A stretch of 59,896 nucleotides of DNA from a virus. Its lineage: Duplodnaviria > Caudoviricetes. Each line of letters begins with the position of its first letter. Positions within the stretch are counted from its first letter, which is position 1. Both the position numbers and the translations under genes were made by a program. Positions 26,601 through 36,400 of the stretch are shown here, piece after piece. Location: positions 1 to 59,896 of the IMG/VR virus record IMGVR_UViG_3300020391_000476; one strand, given 5' to 3'. The notes beneath the pieces are model-generated. The model searched no databases, had not been told where the DNA came from, and saw only the letters and a program-made list of their open reading frames with translations.

Positions 26601-28120
26601 AATATTGATTGTTCGAAATATTCAACAACAAACCCTTCTCCGTTTCCAAATATAAAAGTTTTATTGTTTATAACTTTAAATACTTTTGCAAAACCTATAG
26701 AAAAAATAGAATCTTCGGGCTCTTCTACATCTATGTATATGCAGTCATCTACAACTAATTCTTGAGGATCTCTAAAAAATAAAACCCCTGAAGTAGGCTT
26801 GTTGTTTTCATCAGTTTGATACACATATATTTCTATTAAAGAGCTTAATGTTTCTTTTTGATCTTCATCCATACTGAATGAATCAAGTTTTATTGTTTTG
26901 CCTTTTTTAAGCTCTATATCTTCATTTACTCTTATAGGTAGTACGGCGTCAGTTTTTATGTTATAACCAGCGTGACTCTCTACGCTTCTCAGAGTACTTT
27001 CTGTATTACATATAAATTTAGCGACTACATTATTGTTATTTCTATAGTCAATACTGTGATTAAATTCTACACATGTAAACTTAAGATCTGTTCTGTAGGG
27101 AAAACTATATATAAAATTAAAAGCCTGAACATCTGTAGATAAAAGTCTTTCGCCTTTATAATCTAAAGCATATATAGATTCATAAGGAAAATGTTTTTCT
27201 TGAAGAAAATGTATTATAGCTTTTGCTTCTTTGTCTGTTCTATTGTTGAATCTTAAGTTTAATTCAAGCGGTAAGGAATTAATAGCTAGATTGTTTACAT
27301 AATCATATCCCTCTCCTAATTTCATTGATTCATTATTTGCTTTATAAGAACCACTAGAACCGTAAGAAGGTCTCCATACAAAATTTTGAGTCCAATTGTT
27401 CGACGCACTTGGATAATTTGATGTGTTAGATGTATGGTTATTAACGCAATAAAAAAACTTATTAACTGAAGAAGACCTTATGTCTCTAAACTCAAAACCT
27501 CCTTCTTGATAACCATAAACAAATATATAAGCTTGAGCCTTGACTGCACTGGCAGGTATATGCTTAGGGTGTACATCTAGCTGAACGTTGTAGTATTCTG
27601 ATTCACTAAGTTCAGAAGAAGCCATCGGCCTTACCAAGGGTCTGTAATTTTCTACTTCAATAATCTTTTCTTGGTTATCAAAAAATTTAACTCCAACTCC
27701 AACTCCTACTGAATCGAATTTATTTATTACTCCATTGGACGTTTCTATACGAGTTAAATAGGGGTCTATAGTGTCAGAGAGGGCAGTGTTTTTCCTTACG
27801 TAAGTTTTAAAAGTATAAGGTATAGAAGTGTCTATAGAAAATATAAAACCAAAAGGTATTTCAATGTTTCCAGATAAAACAGTCTTCTTGAAAATCATAC
27901 CTCTATTTGGGTCAATTGATATTAAGTTCCCTTCTTCATTTGATATATTTATGTCGTCTGCGAGACAATCAAAATTTTTATCACTAATAAGATTATCGTC
28001 ATTAGGAGTGGCTACTGAATACTTATCTATATCATTAGGTACAGAAAGATTGTCTACCTTTACGATATCGTGTTTTTGGTAGTTTTTTTCTAACTCCCAA
28101 CTTTTTGCAGATATATCCAT
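23660..28120 (-). CDS. Expanded lambda gpM-like minor tail protein: two gpM-like domains, a VWA-like domain and an Ig-like C-terminus
   Basis: FVWRPSY...LGEGY...LRFNNRTDKEAKAIIHFL; a second copy FEHRP...VVFDMRDDDEAVEILQFLESHLGYKKFRF; MDLIFVIDGS (VWA-like); INIKNCGPNPIKI...LQDGESIDL. Confidence 0.75.
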   Translation of the reverse strand: MDISAKSWELEKNYQKHDIVKVDNLSVPNDIDKYSVATPNDDNLISDKNFDCLADDINISNEEGNLISIDPNRGMIFKKTVLSGNIEIPFGFIFSIDTSIPYTFKTYVRKNTALSDTIDPYLTRIETSNGVINKFDSVGVGVGVKFFDNQEKIIEVENYRPLVRPMASSELSESEYYNVQLDVHPKHIPASAVKAQAYIFVYGYQEGGFEFRDIRSSSVNKFFYCVNNHTSNTSNYPSASNNWTQNFVWRPSYGSSGSYKANNESMKLGEGYDYVNNLAINSLPLELNLRFNNRTDKEAKAIIHFLQEKHFPYESIYALDYKGERLLSTDVQAFNFIYSFPYRTDLKFTCVEFNHSIDYRNNNNVVAKFICNTESTLRSVESHAGYNIKTDAVLPIRVNEDIELKKGKTIKLDSFSMDEDQKETLSSLIEIYVYQTDENNKPTSGVLFFRDPQELVVDDCIYIDVEEPEDSIFSIGFAKVFKVINNKTFIFGNGEGFVVEYFEQSILTDLNINVQLDSCETLITEEIPKLVLKSRLLDSGDASDVGNYLGLTANPEEILEDEEDNVFVVLDKTKDAPASVSKLKFCPQDCLAANALFPEGCDVITKDFTDKVTGKKRKRIIHLSNYVQLELESDIGKDSYSFEVTPLSNFTLKSGENYNTIVPAICGRSSIYLEDPEKIAKFPYYKVRNFEHRPTLSFNLSQKPTHTQSKFLEYYNKRYKKSINQNMSTFNVVFDMRDDDEAVEILQFLESHLGYKKFRFAMPRPYGADDSSLTTPGRPNNSVFYCPDWQHDIVYKNNHLISATFIESTTNIQEDVGNIEEPCFGVTLFDNINRHSLCTFSSVAVASHQSGLEFKNNTFIAKPKNKQMDLIFVIDGSAAVSQQLLNIDGVGEFSKYQIIIDSLIKSVTGYDRNKFPYSENYGGKYDTSGEPPWYSGSYSEIYEETNSINFENHLKSQGYDVEGFKRFNVRIEQNRVNIGICIVGHSAMGNLPLDENRILDLPNYPKSFDKKFIQERLRDTVHNNQRGKEYIKNICDALSQLYNSNRASIISERYIFLISDFNFRQNESSEMDRIRLALRDGNELSKRRPLDSVLGDFGEGSPREMMKEFSYAASEQEFPGEGGEFYSYLYNPDFSPDGDFGSEDVYQNYDPSLTNPNWYGDNLKTTIFPVSLGIYNQINSKFYEYAEDYNSAIDLEDIQMCYEISNGGSGSEEASRAVNFFEVIESLTYDTGAQNLFSINIKNCGPNPIKIKNTIINFFSDGGLTEWTTEIIRSGITKNNDFENFEMTSTLSSHENNILGYGGQYFGDPINEKLLASKKSNILWKNFNTKHEVWRNGKPEIFDKGWDPLKENFQIQTEAGETIVLDSGEKLLTDLIRVEEIRTEGVNNTGVAFKDFPVRVFTSDKGIDIIDYNIGNVDEANSYHGDYNHIPVLQDGESIDLFFGIRFNSQSTETEKIELVFNAEDLKDEKMDCYARFPIGVSSEIS

Positions 28121-29331
28121 TATCTATAAGATTGTCTAACTGTAGCTCTACCTCTTAAAAACCCGCCTTCTGATACAGTTAGGGCGTCTTGATCTACGAC
28201 TCCGTATTGTTTTAATTCCTCAGGAACTTCGTCTGGTAATACTAGGTTGCCAAGTAACCTAAATTCTTTTAATTTTCCTTGGTTGTTATCTGTAAATTCT
28301 TTTGAGAAACCTATATCATGAAGTTTTATTGTTACGTCGGCTCTTTGCCCTGTGATTTTTAAAAAAGGATCTAATTTTTCTCCTTGTAAATTTATCGTAA
28401 TGTCTATTTCATTTTTAGTAACTCTTATGGGCAATTCTCCATCATTATCAAAATTTCCACTTATTGGTATCGGTATTTCTGGAGTTCTGTTTGAGGATAT
28501 ATTGTAATCAAAAGCTAAGGGGTATTGAATGCCTACATCGCTTGTCCCTAATATTTCACTTCTTGCAGCGTGAGGTACACTGATTTGATTTTGCTTTAAG
28601 CATTCGTAGTTGTTTGTAATATTATCCGCAAGCCCTTCTACGTATTCCATTTTTCCATATACATCAAGGCTTGCTTCTGCCATAATAGGTTGAAATGGAG
28701 CCGCGCTAAAACTCATTTCTGTTAAATATATGTCATTAAAAACATAATCACCCAAACATCCTGTCATTTTAGACTCATTAATTTGTGGGTAAATTTTTGG
28801 GTCAAGTAATCCTGTTAAATCTGCAAACGTATGAAGATTTCCAGTATTCATGTAGTAGCTGAAGTTTAGTCTTCCCCTAACGGGTCCTCTGGCAGAATGA
28901 TTTCTTACAACCTCTACCTCTCCATAAGGCACATCTTCTTGGATATCTAAAGTCATTTCTCCAGTAGACCTTACTTTAATGTGGTAATCTCCAGCCTCTA
29001 GGTCTTCTGCAAGTATAAGAGATTGTCCGTTTGGGTAAGCTATCTTTTGTCCACTTCTCACTACCTCAATAGAATTTGACATTTTCATTCCTGGGCCAGA
29101 TGGTGGGCCAAGAATAAAACCTGATTCATGTGCTCCAGTAAAGTGAATATCTTCCTTCTGAAAAGCAAATGAAATATTATAATCATCTACAAATTTTCTT
29201 GCATCTATAGGTTGATTTGCTGATATGCTTGCTGAGTTTGCAAAAACCATCGTTGGCTCTTCTCCTTCGGGTGCTAACAAAAGCGGTACATCTTCATACC
29301 TGTAAAACGGTTTATTTTTTCTGTAACTCAT
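28120..29331 (-). CDS. Tail-tube-fold protein (distal tail or tube initiator-like)
   Basis: FANSASISA, G.LNFSYY, IYLTEMSFS..PFQPI.A.A. Similar to the other tube paralogs and downstream of the TMP. Confidence 0.55.
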   Translation of the reverse strand: MSYRKNKPFYRYEDVPLLLAPEGEEPTMVFANSASISANQPIDARKFVDDYNISFAFQKEDIHFTGAHESGFILGPPSGPGMKMSNSIEVVRSGQKIAYPNGQSLILAEDLEAGDYHIKVRSTGEMTLDIQEDVPYGEVEVVRNHSARGPVRGRLNFSYYMNTGNLHTFADLTGLLDPKIYPQINESKMTGCLGDYVFNDIYLTEMSFSAAPFQPIMAEASLDVYGKMEYVEGLADNITNNYECLKQNQISVPHAARSEILGTSDVGIQYPLAFDYNISSNRTPEIPIPISGNFDNDGELPIRVTKNEIDITINLQGEKLDPFLKITGQRADVTIKLHDIGFSKEFTDNNQGKLKEFRLLGNLVLPDEVPEELKQYGVVDQDALTVSEGGFLRGRATVRQSYR

Positions 29332-30404
29332 CTCTTATTATAATAAGCTGTGTAGCTTAAATTTGCAGTTAATCTTCCATCTGTTGATGCCGACATTGAT
29401 TCGTTTGTTAATCTAGCTAATTTTACCGTATAATTTTGTATTGGCTCACCAAAGCAATCTTTTATTCTTATAGCTAAGTTATGTAGGGTAGGAGATTTTA
29501 AATACTTTCTCAGGCTTTTATATTGTCTTTCGTCAACTTCAACCGTAAAATTTGTTTTTGTTGTAATAGGCCAAATGACATCAACCTGAGCGGGCACTGT
29601 TGATCCTACTGTATAAATAGGATCTATTCCAATATTGATAGTATGATTAAATGATGTAATTCTATCAAATACATAATCGCCTTGATCTGTTTCGTAGTCA
29701 GTGGGATACGATTCACTTTCGTTTTCTTTTAGTAGCCCTCCTATTTCAACTTCTATAGATTTTTGATTTGTTAGTCTTATTTCAGGAAAAGGTAATTCTC
29801 CTGAAGCGTTATAAGTTGTGGGGTTGTCTGTATCTTCCTGTATGAATAGAAAATTGTCTTCGCTTTTTAGGTCTGTATCATCTTCGTTTTCTATGATATC
29901 TGGAGATCCACCTATATCTCCTAAAACTCTAATATTTGTGCTTGTTGTGGGCAATTGACCTATTCCACACGATACAGAATGACTTGTTATGTATCCGCTA
30001 TGAAATCCAAAATAACTATTGCCGTGATGAATACTGCCTGTAAATGGGTTATCACCAGTAAAATTTAACATAAAATCTTCGCTAACTAAAATTGAATTTA
30101 TGCTGAAAGTTCCTTCTAGTGGAGCATCTAGTAAAGCTAAACTTTCTGGCAGTCTTTCATTTCTTTCCCTGGTGCATATTTTTTCTTGTAAAAGTTTAAA
30201 TCCGTCAGCATCCAACAAGAAGCCTTGCTCGGTTACCTGGAAATATTCGGCTTGTTTATAAAATGATCTATTAACGTGACCCCAGCCAAGCACGTTTATA
30301 GGTTTTTCTGATATAGAATACGAACCCTCAACACTTTGTACTCCAGAAATTTGAGTACCGTTGAGATAAAATTGCTGTTCATAACCTAGTACCGCTTGTC
30401 TCAT
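29328..30404 (-). CDS. Tail-tube-fold protein (distal tail-like)
   Basis: ISGVQSVEGSYSI...I.VLG, GYITSHSVSCGIGQLPT, ARL..ESMSAS...ANLSY parallel the 520-aa tube protein. Confidence 0.65.
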   Translation of the reverse strand: MRQAVLGYEQQFYLNGTQISGVQSVEGSYSISEKPINVLGWGHVNRSFYKQAEYFQVTEQGFLLDADGFKLLQEKICTRERNERLPESLALLDAPLEGTFSINSILVSEDFMLNFTGDNPFTGSIHHGNSYFGFHSGYITSHSVSCGIGQLPTTSTNIRVLGDIGGSPDIIENEDDTDLKSEDNFLFIQEDTDNPTTYNASGELPFPEIRLTNQKSIEVEIGGLLKENESESYPTDYETDQGDYVFDRITSFNHTINIGIDPIYTVGSTVPAQVDVIWPITTKTNFTVEVDERQYKSLRKYLKSPTLHNLAIRIKDCFGEPIQNYTVKLARLTNESMSASTDGRLTANLSYTAYYNKR

Positions 30405-33400
30405 TTATCGAGTTCTCCGCCTAGTCTTTTCTCCTCTCTTATAACCTCTAATACTCTTGTTTTTATTTTCATAGCAAGCTCTTGTTCTTGTTGGTAGGAT
30501 CCTTCTGGCGTTTGAGCTTCCACACTTTCTTTGCCAGAGCTGTCAATGGTTACATTAACACTAATATTGTTGGTTATCTCGTTGTTTTGAGCTGCGCTTG
30601 TTTTTTCTGTTTCTGATGATTTTGCAGCTTCTATTAAAGGCTGTATTCTGTTTACTGGTTGATTTCCTTTTGGGCTTTCTGGGTTTGATTGGTTCGAGGG
30701 AAAGCTGGCCTGGCTGCCAGTACCAACAATTCCGCCATCATAATACCCAGTTGCGCTTTTCCTGAATCCATCTGGATTTTGCATTGCGAAACGCATGGTA
30801 TTTGGATTGTCTCGCATCAACTTATCGGTAGAACTTTTTCTTATAATAAAATCTCCTTCGTCAAGTCCAACAGGGCCAACTTTATCAATCCCAGATGGGC
30901 CTTGTATTGTAGGAAGAGAGCCTGTTCTGTTCATTGATTCAAGGTTCTGATAGCCGATTTTTTTAGCTGTACTTGAAGGTATAAACCCTTCTCCTCTTGT
31001 TAACATTGATGGAATTTTTCCTCCAGAATTATTTCGCAAAGTTCTTCTTCCGTAAGAGCTTTCCATGTTGTTTGAGTCTGGGCGGGTGGGATCAACAAAA
31101 GCCCTGTCATCAAATGTTCTTGTCCTTGTTACTTTTAAGAAATTGCCAGGTTGATAAGAGATTGATCCTTCAGGCCCAACCCTTCTTCTATCTTGAGGTG
31201 TTAAGGTGCGCGTGGTTGCATTCTTTTTACCTCGATTAGTTGTATATTCTATCGGCTGTCCAGTTTCAAAAGAGTTTTTTATTTGATTGTAACTAAGATC
31301 ATATCCAGTTTTATTTGCTGCTTTATAAGCATCTGAATATTCTCCAAACCCTAAATCTCCATTAAAGAAATCACTAGCTTTGTTTCCAATGTATTTTCCT
31401 GTTTTTACAAAAGGTGATGATATGAAATCAACCGTTTTTCTTAAAGGTTCTCTAAGAATGTCTGTTACTTCGGCGACGGCAAAGCTGCTTATGAAACCCA
31501 TAGCTTGCTGGAGGTATCCCATTCTTTTTTTGAATTTAGCGTTCTTTTTATCTACTTCGTATGCGGCTTTCTCTAAAAGATAATCTTTATACTCTTGCAT
31601 CTCCTGGCTTTTCGCTAAAGCCCTTCCGCTCATTCTTGGGTCTCCTGTTTTTAAACTAACATCAGAACCTAGGGCAAGAGGGTTCATTCTTTTCATATCA
31701 AAGACGGGTGGCCCCTTTTTCTTGCTTTGATCTTCCATTGCTTTATTTACAGCGTCAGCAGTTATGGTCATGACTGCGGCTTGAGTGGCTCCTTTAAAGA
31801 ATCTAGTAGCCCTTCCTCCTCCCGAGAAATTTTGAACCTCTTCTTTGGGCACAACATATTCTCCAGCAGTTAACATTGCTGGGACATTATCTATACCTCC
31901 TGGGCCTTCAACTAAGCCACCTTTTGCAAAGCGTTGGATTTTTCCGCCCCAGAAATTTTTTCCAGGAGGAGTGGGTTCTACTGCTGGAGGAGAGTCTGTT
32001 GTTGTGGTAGTTGCAGAAGGTTGTTGGAGACTAGCTGCTCGAGCTTCTGTTGCAATAGTTATTGCATTTTGCGCCGCAGACTCCCTCATTTTATTTATAT
32101 ATAATTGTTTTTCTAGTTCATTTATTTGGTATGCGATTGATTTTTCTATTTCTGCTAAACTAACTTTTTCTTCAAGTAATTTGCTTATTGTTGCGGTATT
32201 GGTTTTTCTTTGAGCTTGTTTTGACTTTAGTTCTGCGGTAAGATTAGTAATTTCTTCTTCGTGCTTTATTGATTGTTCTATATGATTTTCATTAGGCAGA
32301 CCCAATCTTTTCTTGTTAATGCTCAAACGATCATGTCTTTTTGCTTGTCTTGTGCTGTTTTTTATTTTTTCTTCGATCCCTTTTATTTCTTCATCTATTT
32401 TTCCATAATTAGTGGCTTCAACTTTTGTAGGAGGTAACGTTTGTGGCATGTATGGCACATACGGCATCATTGGCGCATAATTTTGTATAGTAAATCCAGG
32501 TTTATCCATTAGGGATTTTTCTTGTTCCGCTTCTTTTAAATTGTTTTTATTAACTTCTAATTTTTCTTGATTTAAGGTAGCATCCCGTTCTAATTTTGCT
32601 AATTGTCTTAATGTTCCATATACTGGAGGATCTGGGCTCAACTCTAATTCTAGACCACTTCCTTTTTCATTAAATGGCGTCGTTTTAACAGTATCATTAG
32701 TTACTGGGTCTACTTTTGCATCTACTTCCGATTTAATTTCTTCAAGCTTTTGTCTTATTTTTTCGAAAGCTCCACTTAAGCTTTCTACAAGACCTATTCC
32801 AGCATTTGTAAAATCTGTTATTTTAATATCTAGGCCTTCTAGTAAAGGCTTAAAGGTATTGTTTATTCTATCTTGCTCGATTTGTTCAGCTGTTTCTTTT
32901 GTGGGCTCTTTTGAAAATTCTGGAGGTGGAGGTGGTATTATTCCCTTCATTAATTGACCTCTTAGTTTTTCCAATGCCGAAGTGTTTGCAGATACTGCGT
33001 TGTTGTTTTCCATTAAAAATTTATTCGCTTCTTTTTCTGGGTCTACTCCAGTAAATGCATAAGTTAAATTACTAATGATTTTATCAACATTGTGTTGCAT
33101 CATTCTATCTAGAATTGCTTCAGCTAAACCAAGACCAAGATCCCGATATGCATCGCCTACTGATTTAGCGCCTGACCCAATATCTTTAAACATTTGAACC
33201 ATATTGGTTCTCAAATTTTCAATACCTGTATTTACTAAATCTGATTTTAGATTAGAGGCAGAAACTTGCATCTCAGCCATTTTTACTCTTAAGGCGTCTA
33301 TCGCTTCTGTTCCATTGTTTGTGGTTTTGTTAAATTCCTTTAATTTTTCAGTGAACGCAAGCATGTCTTCCGCTGTTGCATTAGGATTGATTGCCTGTGT

Positions 33401-36400
33401 TGCAGCAGCTCTAGTGTCATATCTTTGGTTAAAACGATTAATTTGCATGTCAGCTCCAACCATGCCCGATAGCGCTCTTTGATCTATTGAGGCTCTGTTT
33501 GCGGCAAGTCTCGCTTCGTCAATCTTGTTTGAAAAATCAAGAAGTTCTTGAGCTTTCTTTTGTCTTTCATTTATGCCTTCCAGTAGCTGCGCTTGCTCTG
33601 ATTTTAATGCGGCTAAGTATGCATCTTTTTCAAGCATTGAAGTTTCAAGCTTTAATTGTTCTTGTACTGTTCCGAGCAATTTGCCATTGTTTGCGGCAAT
33701 TTGGAATTTAGCTTCTTCTGTTAATCTTTGCGATTCTAATTCATTAAATTCTGAATTGACTAGAAAATTTGCAAGCTCAAGCCTTTTTTCAATATTACGT
33801 AATTGTTCTACTTTTCTTTCTGAACTGGTTGCTGCACGTTCTGCATCGGCGGTTTCATTTGCTAAAACAAGCTCTCCCATCTTCTTGCTTTGCTTTAATA
33901 ACTTAATTTCTTCTGCTTTTTCTTGTATTTGAGTTTCAAGAGAAGATTTTTCTTGTTTAAATTTTTGTTCCGCTATTCTTTTTCTTTCTCCAGATAAATC
34001 AATTAAAGATTGTTGTATATCGTTTTCAAGATTAGATAATACCAGGCCATCGCTTTCTAGGCCTACTTTATCTGCGAGTAATAGTATGCTGGTTGTTCGT
34101 AATTTTTTTTGTCTATCATCTAATTCGTTACCAGATACATTTGGGTCAAAAGATTTGATTTCCTCTTTTGATAATCCTCTTTTAGGTAGGTTTTCAATTA
34201 ACTCTGTTGTATTTTTACCAATTTTCGCTTCAACAGCTTGGGCGGTAAGATCGTTTATTATTTCTTTTCTTAAGTTGTATTCTTCTAATTTTGCATCATT
34301 GATTTGCATATCAAACATTGTTGACTCTTGTATTTCTTTAGCCAAAGTTTTACTATCTGTTATCCTGTCTTTAAGTATTTTGTATAAAGTTTTATTACCC
34401 TCTAGTGTTTTAGCTGTTAGATTTTCGCTTTCCATTTGTAGTGAAAGTTCTTTTCGGGCAATTGCTTCTGCTTTCTTAGCCGCATCAATCTCTTGTTGTT
34501 CTGTTAATTTTGATTCACGAATTTTTTTAATTTGTTCTTCTCGTAACTTAAGTATATTAGTACTGGCCAACACAAGAGCGGTAACATTTTCATCTCCTTC
34601 TTTCGCTAATCTTGAGTAAAGATCGGTTAGTATTTTTTGAAGTTCTAATGTCGATTCAGGATTATTGTTTACATTTTTTAGTTGTTCTTCAACTTGCTTT
34701 TTTGTTTGTTCAATTATTCTGGAGGCGGTTTCTTTATCTTCTTTTGATGCGGTTATTTTATTTTCTGGGTTTAAGCCTTTGTTAATTTTTTCAAAAGTTT
34801 TTGCAGATTCTATTACTCTTTTCCCTGCCGAATTTAAATCCTCCTTTAAATTTTCCAAAGCTATCTTCATGCTGCCAACATCCATTTCTGCAAGATTGTT
34901 TGTGACAAGTAATTTGTTTGCTTGCTCAAGAAGAGCTTGGTTTAGTTTTTCTCTAGCGTTTGTTGTTGAAAGTTTTTCTGTATTTTGAATATCTTCAAGA
35001 GCAAGGCTTTGTTTTTCTGCGAGTAATTTTGACTTGGCGATTAAGTTTTGTTCATCTAAGAATTTTGATCTTTGAGATGTTTGTTTGTTTATAATCTTAT
35101 TCAAAGAATTTTCGTGTTTAGCTGCGGCCATTTTCATCTTAGAAACATGTTTTTCTATAACCACTCTTCTTGCTAATTCTTTTATTCCTTCACTGTTACT
35201 TTGAATAAGATTTCTTAAAGATTTGCTAACGTCATTCTTTTTAAACCCATCAATAAAACTTTTCATTGCTTGCCTGAATGCTTCATTTTCATCCATAATG
35301 AAAAAACTCTCTGATTCTTCTAGGCCGTCATGAAGAGTTTTAAATACATTCCTAAAATCTTCTTGAGAGACGCCTTCTTTTAGCCCGAAATTCATTCTTT
35401 CAAGCATAGAATCTGGTTCTCCTCCTGCTTGGCTTAATTTTTTAAAAAGATCTTCGTTTTTACTAGCTTGACTTTCGTCCATCAAACTTCTGGTTAACAT
35501 AGCTAAACTATAACCCCTGCTTTTACCTGCATCGTTTAGCTTATCATTATTGTTTATTGAATCAGTAGTATTAGCAAAGGATTCATTTGTTGAAACAACA
35601 GCTTGAAAGACTTTCATTTGTTGAAGCATTGATTCAAGGTCAGCTTTATCTAAAGTAGATTTTCCCGCTTTTTTTGTTGCTTCAGAAAACATTCTCATTG
35701 CAAAACCGCCTTCGTTTGCTTCTTTTTGCAGTTCTGCCATAGATTTTGCTACAGCAATTTCTACATCATAAGATTTTACTCTGAGATCTAATAACTCTTG
35801 ATCTTCTTTTATTGTTCTACCGCTACCTTTTATTTCAAGCTCGACAATTTTTTGCTTGTTTTCTTCTTGTTTCTTTAAGTTTTCTATAGCTGCAGTTGTT
35901 GCTTCAATACTCTTGCTCATTAATTCGAGCCTGTGCGCAGCCTTCTCTGATGCTGAGCCCATAGCATACATATATAGCCCCATTTTATCATCGCTAATAA
36001 AATTTTTAAACACGCCATCAGCTAATTTAAAACCAGCTACAACAGCCGCAACTGGTTTGATAAATCTCTGCATAGCCTGAGCTCCTCTTGCAGCCATGTT
36101 TCTGATGCCCGCAAACATTGATCCTCTAGCTGCTCCTCCAGCAGCGGCTCCTCCAGCAACTCCTTCAATAACCCCACTGCTTCCTCCTTCTTCATCCTCT
36201 TTTTGTTTTTTACCCATCGATTCAAAGAAATTGGCCAATTCATCTCCAAGCATTTGTATTTGGACAAAAGAGGCTACTGTATCCGAAGCGACAGTCCCTA
36301 GTTTAGCGAAAGTTCTAGTTACCGTATTTGTACTTTCTGCAAATTCTTGTAAAAATCCATTTGTAGTACTAATTATGGATTGAAGTGCAAAAAGCTTGAC

